This document shows positions 1 to 13,085 of a stretch of 64,000 nucleotides of DNA, piece after piece. A program made the position numbers and the translations under genes. This DNA is from Octopus vulgaris (taxonomy: Eukaryota), in assembly GCA_951406725.2 (NCBI GenBank), contig OX597838.1:43276001-43340000 (forward strand). Direction: 5' to 3'. The notes under the pieces are model-generated. The model was not told where the DNA came from and did not search any database. It worked only from the letters and a program-made list of their open reading frames with translations. How positions within the stretch are numbered: the first letter of the stretch is position 1; every line of letters begins with the position of its first letter.

Positions 1-1044
1 CAAAGTGGTTGAGTTCCTTTCAAGCGTCAGGCCTCATGGAGGCAATGACTGAGGCCTTTGGCATTATGTCATACTTGAGAAGAAGACCCATCAAGCTGAG
101 CAAAATTGCAGTTGTGGCAGATACCAGTGCCACGCAAATTGGCACCTGTGCCAGTGACACGTAAATGCACCCCAAGTGTCACGCAAATAGCATCTATGCC
201 GGTGGCACGTAAAAGCACTCATTACACTCTCAGAGTGGTTGGCATTAGGAAGGACATCCAGCCATAGAAAACCATGCCAAATCAGACTGGAGTCTGGTGC
301 AGCCTTCCAGCGTGCCACCCTAGTCAAACCATCCAACCCATGCCAGCATGGACAACGGACGTCAAATGATGATGATGATGATGATTTATTCACGTTTCGA
401 AGTCCATTATTGTTGTTGTTGTGGTTGTGGCTAAGGAGCAGTTTATCCTAATATCACAATGAAAAATGTTTTTGTATGTTAAAATTTAAATGGGAGACAA
501 AAACTTCAAAAACAAAAAACAAACTATACAGGTGTGTCTATCACCCCCACCCCACTAACCCATATAAATTTTTATACTCCCCACCCCCGCCCAGGGGTAA
601 GCACTGCTGACATTGAGTAGCACTGATTTAATCCAAAGAAGCAGTGCAAAGCTGTTGAGGATTTGTTCTATTGTTTGTTAGACTGACATGAATGATGCGT
701 ATCTTGAAGTTTTGTAGACAAAATAACTGTGGGGAAAAGATGTGAGCAGGGGAGAGATTCCTCAAGAGTTTTGGGGATAGGGGAAGCTTTACTGAATTGT
801 TTTAGGTATAAAGTCTGTAGTGAAAGACACCCTGAGGATGGTGGTGGTGGTGGTGGTGGGTTAGATAGAGATGTATGAAGGGAGTGAGGGGGGATAGTAC
901 ATTGTTTATAAAACAGAAACTGTTTACAACAGCATCAGATGAGACAAGAATGGAACTCAGAATTTTGGTGGTCAAAGTAGAGCTGGGGAAAAGTGGGGCA
1001 GGGTTTACAAGTGAGTTGGAGAGCCTTTTGGGATGTGATCTAGA

Positions 1045-1388
1045 AAGTCGGGACCCCCTTCGGTCATGACACTGACCATGGGATTGCACCTAGAAAGTTA
1101 CCCTCCTAGTCACAAGTCTGGGCAAGGTTGTTTATGGAAGACCAGCAGTCGCCCATGCGTACCGGCCTCCCCTCTGCATGCCACCAGTGTTATCCAAGGG
1201 AAAGGCAAAGGGGCCGATACAGCTTGGCACCTGTGACGTCGCAAATCATTTCTACAGCTGAATGAACTGGACGAACGTGAAATAAAGTGTCCTGCTCAAG
1301 AACACAACATGTAGCCCAGTCCGGGATTCAAGCTCACAACCTCACGATTGTAAGCTCGACGCTCTAACCACTGAGCCATGTGCCTTCT
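1045..1388 (-). mobile_element. tRNA-derived SINE (second family)
   Basis: Minus head GGCACATGGCTCAGTGGTTAGAGCGTCGAGCTTACAATCGTGAGG..TTGAATCCCGG followed by a non-tRNA body. Confidence 0.8.
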
Positions 1389-1946
1389 AGAAAGTATGTG
1401 TGTAGTAATTGTTGTTCTATTCCAGACGTATGAAGCCGTAATCTAGGTCAATAACTGTTGATGTAGAACTTTTCTAACAACAATAGTTACTAAAGCCTTT
1501 TGCTCCTTAAGGGACTTAGGCCATCAACAACTTTTCTCAATTCTGGGATGTCTTTTCTGCTTTTCCAGCTCTACTTCAGAATCTCACCTCCAGTTTATTT
1601 TAAAATTATTGTTTGGCCTTCAGATATTTTCCTGAAGGAAGGCCTTCCTCTCCCAGCTCTTCTTCTTCGTTTTGTATTGTCATTGATGCTTCTTCAACTT
1701 GGCTTTTGTCTCGGTATGAGTGTTGGCTCTGTGCCAACCCATTTTTACCTCAGGGAACAGGTGTCCCTATTAGCCTGGCCTCTAGTCTTTGACCTGTCCA
1801 GCATGCACCCCGTTGCCATAGGTTTAAGGCCATTGAGGTATACAAGTCCTCACACTGCACCACAACTGGACCTTGTGGTTTCTGTCTCCAGAAGGGTCAT
1901 CTTTTAAAGGGTGTTGTTGATTGGGAAGGCCATTTGAGACTATTTG

Positions 1947-2113
1947 CAGGGCTGTCTTAGTGGGGTTATCCTTTGGGCTATCCAGTGCACGGGACCTTCT
2001 AATATTTATTTATTGAGGAGCAAGCCACAGCATTGATAAATTAAAATTGGCCCCCTAGACTTGTGAGGTCTCTGGGTAACTGCTCGTTGTGTCTATGCTA
2101 TAAGACAACCCTG
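1947..2113. mobile_element. Possible hAT-like MITE
   Basis: 13-bp imperfect TIR CAGGGCTGTCTTA / TAAGACAACCCTG. No clear TSD. Confidence 0.35.
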
Positions 2114-3385
2114 ATTAAGCGGTATGGCACTTCTGTAAAGATTTTTTTTTCAAGTGGGGTGGCTGGGTGGTTCTGGAGTGCTGTAATAACTATATTAATT
2201 TTGTTGAATCAATTAACTTCACAGTGAAGTAGCTGTAGTAGGTGGGGAGGGGGGCATTCATCTCTAAAAACAATTACTTTAACAAAACAATAACCAACAT
2301 TGCCTTCCCCCCCCCTCGCGACCAAACATTGAACAATGAACGTATTAAAACAAACAGAATTATTTTTCCAGACTTTCATATGGAAATTACTATTTTAATA
2401 AGTTTCATTCATTCATTATCTTCTGTTCCAAGGATTGATGATGTATTTTTTTAAAAGGGTGAATGAAGTATTATTTTTTTTGTTTGTCTTATTTTTCCTA
2501 AGTAGTTCTACTTGAATGTAGAATGATAGACTTGCCCCATACAAGTGACACAGCAACAGTCTGTCTGTTGTGTCGTGAGAGAGAGAGAGAGAGAGAGAGA
2601 GAGGTGTAAGGAGAGACAGGAAATAACGCTGAAAGAGAGAGAGGAGAGAGAGAGAGGGAGTGTGTGAGTGTATGAGAGAGAGAGAGAGAGAGTGTGTGAG
2701 TGTATGAGAGAGAGAGAGTGTGACAAAGAGAGAGATGGAAGAAAAGTGTAAGGAGAGGGGAGGGGGAATTTAAGGAGAGAAAGGAAACAGCACTGAGATA
2801 GAGAGAGTGAAAGAGAGTGTGTGTGAGAGAGAGAAAGAAAGAAAGAGAGTGTGTGTGTGTGTATGTGAAAGAGAGGGAGAGAGTGTGTGTTTGTGTGTGA
2901 GAGAGAGAGAGAGAGAGAGAAACTTTATTTATTTTAGTTGCTTTTGTTTTTCTGATATTTTTTTATCTTGTTCCAGTCACTGGACTGTGGCCATGCTGGG
3001 GCACCGCCTCAAAGGGCTTTAGTCAAACAAATCAATGGTACTTAATCTATTGGTCTCATTTTGTGGAATTGCAAAGTTATGGGGACATAAACAAACCAAC
3101 ACCAGTTGTTGTGTGTGTGGGAGGGACAAACACAACACACACCTCTCCGGCTTACCAGATCCAGTCAAACTGTCCGACCCATGCCAGCATGGAAAATGGA
3201 TGTTAAATGGTGATGATGATGATTTGTGTGCAGGATGGAGGTGGGGAAGAAAATGGTGTTGGGGTAATGTTGTGACAGTTGCTTAGCAACCCTTCGACCA
3301 CCTGTCTATTTTATTTTTAATTTTTAAAGAATTTTCTTTCTTTCTAATCACTTGCATTGATTTCTGTTGTTTTTCTCCATTTCAG

Positions 3386-3806
3386 AACAGCTTCTTGTAT
3401 GCTTTTGGGAACAGTACCGAACCTGGAGCTCAGTTGATGTATACGAGTTCCAATCATGGACTGCCGGGGTCTGTTTGTACATCAGAGGCTGGATACATTG
3501 TATATACCACTGCAGCGCCAGGGATGGAGTCTGTCACAGACTCCTCTGGATTGCTGCCACAACCTCACTTGCAGGAAGTAAACACAGAACACATTGACAA
3601 TCACTTGGTACATCCAAGGACAACTTTAATAAATGGACGTATGGCTCAAAACGGATTTGATAATCCGATGGACTTATCAAATGGTAAAGTAGTTCAAGTT
3701 ATTGACATGAAAAAAGAGGATTCTCGAACACAATACGAACACAATCAAGCAGCTACGAATTACCATCACAATGGTGTGACGGTTGGCATACCAGAATCTC
3801 AACATG
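3386..3806 (+). CDS. Su(H): Internal coding exon of Suppressor of Hairless/RBPJ (CSL) N-terminal region, carrying CtBP-type motif PMDLS
   Basis: Polypyrimidine tract + TTTCAG acceptor ending 3385. Open non-repetitive frame NSFLYAFGNSTEPG...NGFDNPMDLSNGKVV...ESQH. Donor CATG|GTAAGG after 3806 (phase 1) joins in frame to exon 41049. Gene identity rests on the PxDLS + GSLTPPDK motif pair, not on the CSL domain, which is outside the window. Confidence 0.85.
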
Positions 3807-3950
3807 GTAAGGCAACAAACAGTTCCTTCTTTTACTGATTTTCTCCATCAAAACTTTATCGGGCATTTTCTTTGTTTTCTAATCCTGTTTTTCTAATAAT
3901 AAGCATCTACCCTGTTCATATACTTCAGTTAATCAAAAACATAGAAAGGT

Positions 3951-4290
3951 TTAACCCTTTTTGTATCTTATTTCTATTGAAATGCACTTTTTTTTGTTTG
4001 TTTCAATTAATTTTGGAAATAATGAAGAATTTGTTATTATTAAGATGTTATTTGGAACAGAAATCAACATGAAATTCTGATGGAATTAATTTAGATCACT
4101 TTAACCCTTTTGTTACCATATCTATATTAAATACACTGCCTTTTTTATTTGTTTCAATTCATTTTGAAAATGATGAAGAATTAAGTAAAACATCTTTGTT
4201 GTACTTTTAGCCGATGTTTAGAATACAAAGACTGGATTTTTGAAGGAAGATTTTCATTTTGATCATAAAGTCATCGAAATAAAAATCTTG
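3951..4290 (+). repeat. Two tandem ~150-bp units of a dispersed AT-rich family with TTAACCCTTT ends (piggyBac-MITE-like). Relatives near 15931, 29880-30250, 38570-38885, 42750-42975, 53100-53265.
   Basis: Recurrent TTAACCCTTT / AAAGGGTTAA ends and shared internal TTTCAATTAATTTTGAAAATAATGAAGAATT. Confidence 0.6.
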
Positions 4291-7200
4291 TATTGTAGAA
4301 CTTTGGACACTTTCAGAAGGGTTGCTATCAGAATGGTTAAAGTGGACTTTAAAAATTCTTCTAAAGATAAATATTTATTGACTGGTGCAAGTATGGCTCT
4401 GGTTAAAATGTTTGCTTCCCAACTACTTGGTTCTGGGTTCAGTCCCACTGCTGGCATCTAGGACAAGTGTCTCCTAGTATAGCCCTGGGCTTACCAATCC
4501 TTCTGAGTGGATTTGATTGATGGGAACAGAAAAAAGTCCATTGTGTGTGTGTATGTCACAGGATGGCTCTAAATGAATGTAAACATCTTACATGCTTCCT
4601 TTTCTTTTTTTTTTTTGTGAAAGCATGTCCTGCCAAGAGGAAAGCCATAACCTTGCTTGGAAACAGAGATGAGGGTTGGTGACAGGAAGAGCATCTGGTT
4701 GTAGAAAATCTACTCAGTGAAATTCATCTGAGCCATGCATGCATAGAAAAGTGGACATCCACTTTTTAGCAATATAAACTGGCCATATCTGGTCCAAATA
4801 TTCCATCTGTTTTATATTCAACCTTGCTATATCCAGCCTCTCACACTTACCTTACAATGTCATTCTTTGAAATCTCAATGCAATACAAAAGACTATAAAT
4901 AAATAAGCATCACGTTTGACAGAGTAATCTGATTGCTAAAGAGTTAACTGGTGATGGTGATAATGGTAAAATATTTTTGCATTTATGAATTTGTGTTGTA
5001 AGATTCCTGATGTGAAGTTGTGTCTTGAAACAAATATTGTAATTTTTTTCTTGCCAAATAAGCAAACACACTAGATATTCATTCTTTACTCATTTATTAC
5101 TGTTCTTATTTTAACTCCTATCCATTATCCAGTTTTGCATTTATTATTCACTTAAGAATTTGATTAAAATTTTAATCATGGCATAATTACTTCAATAGAA
5201 CATAAAACTGTTTATAGTTTTGGTCTCTCTGTTTTTCTTCTTCTTCTTATTCACACTAAAATGTTTTACCTACTCAGTTTATAATCTGAATCGGTTTATA
5301 TTTTCATATTTTCAACACCAATTTTTTTAATATGTGACTGTTATTAGTTTGATAATAGATTTGACATTTGTTTGACCCAGCCCTTAATCTGGTTCTAACC
5401 CTCACACTAAACTACCATTAACATGGTAGAAATATCTTTCATTGTAGCCTTTAGATCAAGTGTTGGTAATCTGTTTTGAGAAGTGGACCACATGAGATAC
5501 GACTCCTCATTTGGTGGATTTCCACTACTAAAACAACAGAAGGTCAGTCTTTACTTGGCCATTCAGTTGGCTGCAGTTTGGCCACGACTGCTTAAAACTA
5601 TGTGTTTACAATGACCATCTAAATAAGTCCATATTTCTATATAAAATGGAATATTTTTTTTGAGATACCAAATGAGGAAAATGTGTTTTGTTTGTTTCTT
5701 ACTGAAGAATTTAACAGTTTCATTATTAATGTTAGAAATGGAGATATATTTTGTAAAAAAAAATGGTGAAACAACAGGATTAAACGAACTGTGACTTCTT
5801 GTGTGATTTTGAAGGAATTTTCTACTCTCAGACCCCGCCTCCTCCTCATCATCATCACCACCACCACCACCGCCATCACCAATGATGACCATTGCCATCA
5901 TTATCATCATCATCATAATTCCCACTTTACCATGCTTGCATGACTCAAAACAACAAAAATTTGTTGCAGCAGATTTTCCTATCCCCCCCCCCCCCCCAGT
6001 GCCCTTCCTGTTAGCATCTCTCATCTGCTGCTTCTCAAGCAAGATAATATTTTCCCTGTGGGTGGGCATGTTTCCATGGATGATCGGAAATGAGGGATGT
6101 CTCTTGTATGACCATGGCATTTGCTTACATCTATTTTCCTGATGTCAAGACAAGACACAAATACGCATTCTTGCATTCTTGCATGCATGCAAGCACACAC
6201 ACTCACACTCACACACACATGCACACATATCTGAGGAAGAATTTCTTTGAGTTTCCATCGACCAAATCGTCTCTCAAAACATTGGTCAGCCCTTTGGATT
6301 TATAATGAGTTGAGCTGCTGGTTCCGAAGTACGTAGTTGTCCATAAATATTTTCCTTTCCTTTCAGTTTGGAAAAGACATTTACATCTCTGCGGGGCAGC
6401 TAAACTCTCTTCATGTATATTTTGCTTTGGAATTTTTTCCAAGTTTCTTTTCTTTTTCGTCCTTCACAGATTCCAAGCTGATCACTAACCAAATATCAAA
6501 GCTCTTTTGTTTAATTCAAGGTAATTCATTAGAGTTTGTGGTTTTCTAAATTGGTTGATGTGTGGATAAACTTGCTCTTCAGTAGTGGGTGTGCATGTGA
6601 CTTTAATACTCAAGTGTGTGTGTGTGTTCTTATGTGTGTGTGATTGTGTGCTTGTGTTCAGCCCAGGAACCTCAAAAGGAGAATCCCTGGAATGTTTAAC
6701 TAATTTTCACAGTATCACCATATTTCTAATTGATTGTATCTCGAGAATGTGAGTTAGTCTGATTCTTTTTTTGGGACAACCTCCATCATTTTTTAGGTAT
6801 TTATGCAGATCTCGTTACATAACCCACTGCACTTTGTGTGTGTGTGGGGAGGCTCAATGACAATGTAAAACGTCCTGACTTTGAAGCCATTTTGCCATTT
6901 TTACCTCTGTTAATTACCAACAACAAAACTTTAAAAAATAATCGAGGAACAACTTCAAAAATTATTCATACATAACAAACGGTTAAAGTTAAAAAAAAAA
7001 AAAACAACGCAAATATTTCACAAACATTCACTTTATTATTAATAAATTGTCAAAAATGTTTCGTCAAGAAAATGCAAATGGCTCAAGGGACACAACTCTT
7101 GAATTTCTTTAGGATTTTTTTTTCCTTTCTATTTTCTTTTTTAGTTAATATGTTTAATTGTATATTTGAATAAACATTGATTAGATTGAGACAGTGATTT

Positions 7201-8468
7201 AAATATGTAGCATGACCTAATTATTTTCATGTGATTTTTATTATTTTTGATTCAAGAATTAAAAAAAAAAATGCTCGAGCACCTTAGGAGAAATTTTTAT
7301 CTTATTTCTTTGGCAATATTGCACCCCACCGTGTTTTTTTTTCTCTTTGATGATTATTCTAAGAATAATTTTCACCTTTAGATTTTCACCTGTCTCTGAC
7401 AAAATACCTGATGGTATTTACTTATGGATATTTGTATGTTTTGAGTTCAAATTCAACTGAGATGAATTTAGCTTTTTGTCCTTCGTGGGGTGGGCTTGAT
7501 AAAATAATGCAGCTGCCAAGTCCTGGGTCAGTTTCTATTCCTGTAATGTGTCCTACATATGGATGAAGCTAAAATAGAGGACAGCACAGGATGCTTGGTG
7601 TTGCATTTTTTTCAGTGTATAAAAATTATTCGTGTATAATGAGTCCATTTTGGCAGTAAGCAGCTGGAGCACTACATAATTAAAGAGTGTTTTGTGTGTG
7701 TGTACAAGTGCAGACATGGCAGTGTTGTTAAGTTTGCTTTAGAACCAAATGCACACATACACACACACATATATATAGCAGGCTTCTTTCAGTTTCCATC
7801 TACCAAATCCACTCACAAGGCTTTGGTTGGACTGAGGCTATAGAAGAAGACACTTGCTCAAGGTGCCATGCAGTGGGACTGAACCTGGAACCATGTGGTT
7901 CATAAGCAAGCTACTTACCACACAACCACGCCTGTGCCTATGTTGTTTTGAATTTGTGATCTGAATGAAATATTTTCATAAATTGAAGCTTTTTTTTTTT
8001 TTGAGTTATTAAATTTGAATAAGAAGTGAAAATCATTTAAAAAATATTTAAACTCAGGTTTTGAAAAACTCTTTATCAACCAGATTATCTGATGTCCTGA
8101 ATAATTGCGGGTCACAATGTGTGTTTGTTCTTCCCTTGATTGTGCTTGTCTCTTCCATTGGGGCCCAAATTTTTTGACGATGTTATCATCCTGTCACCTT
8201 GGAGGTCTTTTGATTAGCTCGTTCCAATCCCTTGGATGCAAGTTGATATCTTCATGGGTCCACCTATTGTCTGTGAACCTTGTGACATGTGCAGCCCAGT
8301 ATTTCTTCTGATCTTCTTTGTTGTGAGTTCAAATCTCATCAAAATCCAATTTTGCCTTTCATCCATTCAGGGTTGATAAAATAAAGTACCAGCCTAAGAG
8401 CTGGGACTGATAGTACCAGTTATGCCCACCCCTCAAAATACTGGCCATGTTCCTACATTATAAACCAT

Positions 8469-8914
8469 TACTCTTTTACTCTTTACTTGTTTCAGTCATT
8501 TGACTGTGGCCATGCTGGAGCACCGCCTTTAGTCGAGCAAATCGACCACAGGACTTATTCTTTGTAAGCCTAGTACTTATTCTATCGGGCTCTTTTGCCG
8601 AACCGCTAAGTTACTGGGACGTAAACTCACCAGTATCGGTTGTCAAGCGATGTTGGGGGGAAAAACACAGACACACAAACATATACACATACACACATAT
8701 ATATATGTATGTATGTGTTTGTGTATATATATATATACACACACATATACATAATGGGTTTCTTTCAGTTTCCGTCTACCAAATCTATTCACAAGGCTTT
8801 GGTCATCCCGAGGCTATAGTAGAAGACACTTGCCCAAGGTGCCATGCAGTGGGACTGAACCCGGAACCATGTGGTTCATAAGCAAGCTACTTACCACACA
8901 GCCACTCCTACACC
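8469..8914 (-). mobile_element. Full-length dominant SINE
   Basis: Reverse complement of the 45151-45550 family. Confidence 0.85.
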
Positions 8915-10079
8915 TTATTAAAGATATTTATAAACAACAATTATTTTTCATTGTTTTTTTTCTCTCTCTGTCTCAGCCTGTCTCTCTCTCTCCCACAAAC
9001 AAGTTATTAAATTCCCTTTCATTTCTGTGATTTTTGGGTTTTTTATTGTGTTTTTCTTTGTGTTTTTTTTTTTACCATCTCATTATATATCTGGCAGGAT
9101 ATTGGCAGCTCTTCTTGGCAACAAGTGAAAACTCCAACATCAATCATTGTATTTCAAAAGTCTTTTAAAAGAAAGGGAGATTTTGTTTGCCTACTTTTAT
9201 TGAAGCACATTTGGTTATTAATTGTTTTTTACTCTTTATGAAACAGGGGGGGGGGGGAATGTTGCAAAGCTTTATGTCTTTGGTTCCTGCTGCTGTAGCG
9301 AGTGGGGTGTATTGGGTGTGTCTGGCTCCTATTTCTGGTGGGAGTCAGCTTGTGTCTTGAATCTTTACCAGTGTTAGTGCTTAACCCTTTAATTAGAAAT
9401 TATATTTCATGGTTATTCCAGGAACGATGTTAAATATCTGCCAAGAAATAAAATGAAAACAATTGGCATTTTCTGCAAGTCACACTGCCTCAATAAACTT
9501 GACATATCTCAATGAATTATAGTTTCAGACATAACCATTCCTTAACAAAAGATAGAATGGAATATAAAGCTGCTTTCCGTAGCTAAGTATTATTACATTT
9601 TGAATAGATATATCTGATTTCCACAGTAAAGGAGTTTAGTAATGATAGCAACTTTTTTATGTTCTTAACATGCTCTTGTCACCAAAGAATGTATATATAT
9701 ATGTATTGTAGTACTCTGTGTCAACCAATATTCTGTGTGTGTTTGAATATACAGATACGATACCAATATTCCACTGAACTTTTTAATAATTCCTTCTGGA
9801 AACTATCTTAAACATTTTCTTGAGAATGTATATATATGTTGTAATCTTTTGTGCCCAATATTTTAAGGAACTTGTTAAACTTTTTGATGTCCTTAACATG
9901 TCCTTGTTACCAAAGACTGTATATATGTAATGTAGCATTTTGTAACAACCAATAATTAACGCAACCAAACTTCTACATGTTACTTTTGACAATCTTTTTC
10001 CAAAGAGTGAAACCGGTAAAGTAAATAAACATCTTTTAAAATTGCATTTTCAAACCTTCTTTCATATATATATATATAT

Positions 10080-10125
<46 letters not shown>

Positions 10126-10320
10126 TATGAGATGAGAGGTAGTGGTGTCAGGTAATGCTGAGTAAGCACTATGGACAGGCTATAGTTAAGCTCCAGGTTC
10201 AGTGATTATGTGAATGAGGAGTTCACCGTAGGTCATATATCAGCATGCATATATATAAAAAATTAACAGAATGAGATAGAAATCTAAGGCTGCGAAAGAT
10301 TCCAGAATATTTATAAAGAG

Positions 10321-10368
10321 GTCTTACAGCTGTTTCTAGGACGTTTTATATATCCCTTCATCGGAGAC
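10321..10368 (-). ncRNA. Minimal type I hammerhead ribozyme motif (U4C variant)
   Basis: GTCT-CCGATGA-A-GGGAT..GTCCT-A-GAAA-CAGCTG-TA-AGAC: stem I GTCT/AGAC, stem II, palindromic stem III ACAGCTGT, GUA triplet. Confidence 0.7.
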
Positions 10369-10390
10369 GGTGTGAGAAAATGGTTATGCA

Positions 10391-10456
10391 GTCTCCGATG
10401 AAGGGATATATAAAATATATAAAATATATAAAATATCCCAGAAGCAGCTGTAAGAC
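10391..10456 (+). ncRNA. Hammerhead motif, sense copy with GAAA>GAAG change
   Basis: GTCT-CCGATGA-A-GGGATAT..ATATCCC-A-GAAG-CAGCTG-TA-AGAC. Confidence 0.55.
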
Positions 10457-10530
10457 CTTCTATTTATAAATATTCTGGAATCTTTCACAGACTTCGATTT
10501 GTATCGCATTCTGTTAATTTTTTATATATG

Positions 10531-10575
<45 letters not shown>

Positions 10576-10934
10576 TTGTGTGTGCCTGTGTATATCCCCA
10601 CCCCCCACCATTGCTTGACAACTGATGTTGGTTTGTTTACGACCCTGTAACTTAGCAGTTCGGAAAAAGAGACCGATAGAATAAGTAGTAGGCTTACAAA
10701 GAATAAGAAGTCCTTGGGCCGATTTGTTTGACTAAAAGCGGTGCTCCAGCATGGCCGCAGCCAAATGACTGAAACAAGTAAAGGAATAAAAGAATAAAAG
10801 TGAATATTTATAAGATATTAATATTGCTATAATTATCAAAGGCAATATAAATAGTTGATGATAACAGAAACATTGATATAGGTGGTTGCAGGCCTAAAAA
10901 ATAGCATTATATAGCTAAAGAATTAAACTTATAT

Positions 10935-11108
10935 TAATCAGGAAGGCACATTAAAGTGTCTACCTGCTAGAAATAAGAGTCAAAACTCTTATTTGAACCA
11001 CCAAAAAAAAAAAAAAAAAACAAAACATTGAAAATAATTTGGTGGTCCAAATAAGGGTTTTGGCTCTTATTTCTAGCGAGTAGACATTTTAATGTGTCCT
11101 TATGATTA
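10935..11108. repeat. Foldback, ~70-bp arms
   Basis: 10935-11005 is the reverse complement of 11038-11108, with an A-rich spacer. Confidence 0.8.
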
Positions 11109-11182
11109 ATGTAACCATATGTGAATTGTTGATTTTTTTTTTGTTTTTCCCTCCATCTTCCTTTTCTATTGGACTTTCCTCT

Positions 11183-11217
11183 GTTTCTGAAGAAGAGCTT
11201 TGCTCGAAACGTTAAAC
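11183..11217 (+). ncRNA. Minimal type I hammerhead ribozyme motif
   Basis: GTTT-CTGAAGA-A-GAGC-TTT-GCTC-GAAACGTT-AAAC: intact core, 4-bp stem II, palindromic AACGTT, stem I GTTT/AAAC. Confidence 0.65.
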
Positions 11218-11880
11218 CATCTTTCTTTCCTTCCTTGAGCGTCTGCTATTACTTTACATGTACCATGTCCTTGCGTTGTTTTTTTGTGTTTGTGCTTTGT
11301 CTTTTTTGGGGGGATTTACTATATATATATTCTTTACTGGAAAGCAATACTCTCGTATTGCATTACTATTTTTATATGTTTTTTTATAAAAATGGTGGTG
11401 CCCCAGCATGGCCACAGCTCAAGAGCTGAAACTGGAAAACATAAAACATAAACATAAAATATATATATATATATATTAACACTTAATTAAATCTCCTTGT
11501 CATGTCTTGCCTAATATGGTGATATCACCTGAAGAAATGAATGCAAGAACAAATGCCCACCTGATGTCCATGGATATTACAGATTTTATTGTAATCATCC
11601 CAGGAATGTGGACTATGGTCACAAAAAACATGTGATTTGTGGAAATGTGCATAGCAATACATTGAACTATTTATCAATTTCATTCATGGATTATTTTTAT
11701 TATTACTACTATATTCATATATATTGTACATTGTGTATATATATATATTATGTATATGATGTGTAAGTGTGTGTGTGTGTGTGTGTGTGTGTGTAGTTCA
11801 AATTTACGGAAAACAAGATGAAGACAGGTGCAGGAACAACAAGCAGATGTATTAGTTGAACGCTCAGGAAAAATGGAAAT

Positions 11881-11918
11881 GTTTTCTACGTTTCGAGCCT
11901 ATGCTCTTCAGCAGAAAG
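11881..11918 (-). ncRNA. Degenerate hammerhead motif, same family as 11183
   Basis: TTT-CTGCTGA-A-GAGC-ATAG-GCTC-GAAACGTA-GAA, with core A6 replaced by C. Confidence 0.45.
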
Positions 11919-12041
11919 GATTAAGTGGGAAAAAATAGAGAGAAAAAAAATGTGCAGAGTTCAACGCTCCAACATGACAAAATGGCTGGAAAAAAAAAAA
12001 AAGAGGCTGAATGAAAGAGAGATAATAATGATAATAATAAC

Positions 12042-12265
12042 GGTGGCAAGCTGGCAGAAATGTTAGCATGCCAGGCGAAATGCTTAGCGGTTTTTTATCT
12101 GCCGTTACGTTCTGAGTTCAAATTCTGCCGAGGTTGACTTTGCCTTTCATCCTTTTGGGGTCGATAAATTAAGTACCAGTTACACACTGAGGTCGATGTA
12201 ATCGACTTAATCCCTTTGTCTGTCCTTGTTTGTTCCCTCTATGTTTAGCCCCTTGTGGGCAAATC
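12042..12265 (+). mobile_element. SINE-like family GGCGAGCTGGCAGAA..GAGTTCAAATTC..GCCTTTCATCCTTTCGGGGTCGATAAA (others at 24576, 39310, 40018, 43163, 43390, 62505)
   Basis: Repeated ~220-bp homology with A/B-box-like segments. Confidence 0.7.
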
Positions 12266-12690
12266 AATCAAAATCAAATTCGGTGACTGGTGTCCGTGCT
12301 AGTAGGGTTCCAAGAGCACCATCCGAGCATGATCGTTGCCAGAGCAGCCAACTGGCTTCCGTGCCAGTGGCACGTAAAAGGGCACCATTCGAGCGTGATC
12401 GTTACTAACGTCGCCTTACTGGCACTTGTGCTGGTGGCATGTGTAAAAAGATTCGAGTGAGGTCATTGCCAGTACCGCCTGACTGGCCCCCGTGCTGGTG
12501 GCACGTAAAAAGCACCCACTACACTTTTGGAGTGGTTGGCCCTCAGTCAAAATCGTCCAACCCATGCTAGCATGGAAAGCGGACGTTAAACGATGATGAT
12601 GATGATGATAATAACTGTAATGGTGACCCCAGTGAACTAAGCATATGATATATATATATATCATCATCATCATCATCGTTTATATATATA

Positions 12691-13085
12691 CTAGCAGTAT
12701 CGCCCGGCGTTGCTCGGGTTTGTAAGGGAAATAACTATATAAGCATTTTTAGAGATGTAAAGTATAATAGCCATCTCAATATGGCTAACCACAAAGGGGG
12801 GTGTTACTGTAGCTTTTTACGTTCTGAGATTTAATAATAAATTTTTAGAGAGTTACTTCCCTTATATATGCCAAAAATGCATTAAAATGGGAAAAATTGA
12901 TGGTAAATTTTTTTTTAAATCGTAGACTCATCGTAGACGCGCGCTAATACCCAGAAGGGCTCGATATGAATCACGACTATAAGATACCCGGTTTTGGTTA
13001 CACTGCACCACAAAATGTGGGAGTAGTTAGGAATCTAAATCGTAGGAGACAGACAGACACACAACCTTACTTTTATATATAAAGA
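12691..13085 (-). mobile_element. Non-autonomous Helitron
   Basis: Minus strand A|TCTTTATATATAAAAG ... CCCGAGCAACGCCGGG hairpin, CGATACTG, CTAG|T. Shows 5'-TC, subterminal GC hairpin, 3'-CTAG, insertion between A and T, and no TSD. Confidence 0.85.

Larger units (their letters stand above)
10249..10530. repeat. Foldback element: ~120-140 bp inverted arms, each containing a hammerhead motif (Penelope-like pLTR type)
   Basis: 10251-10368 is the reverse complement of 10391-10530, with a few substitutions and an AT expansion. Confidence 0.85.
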
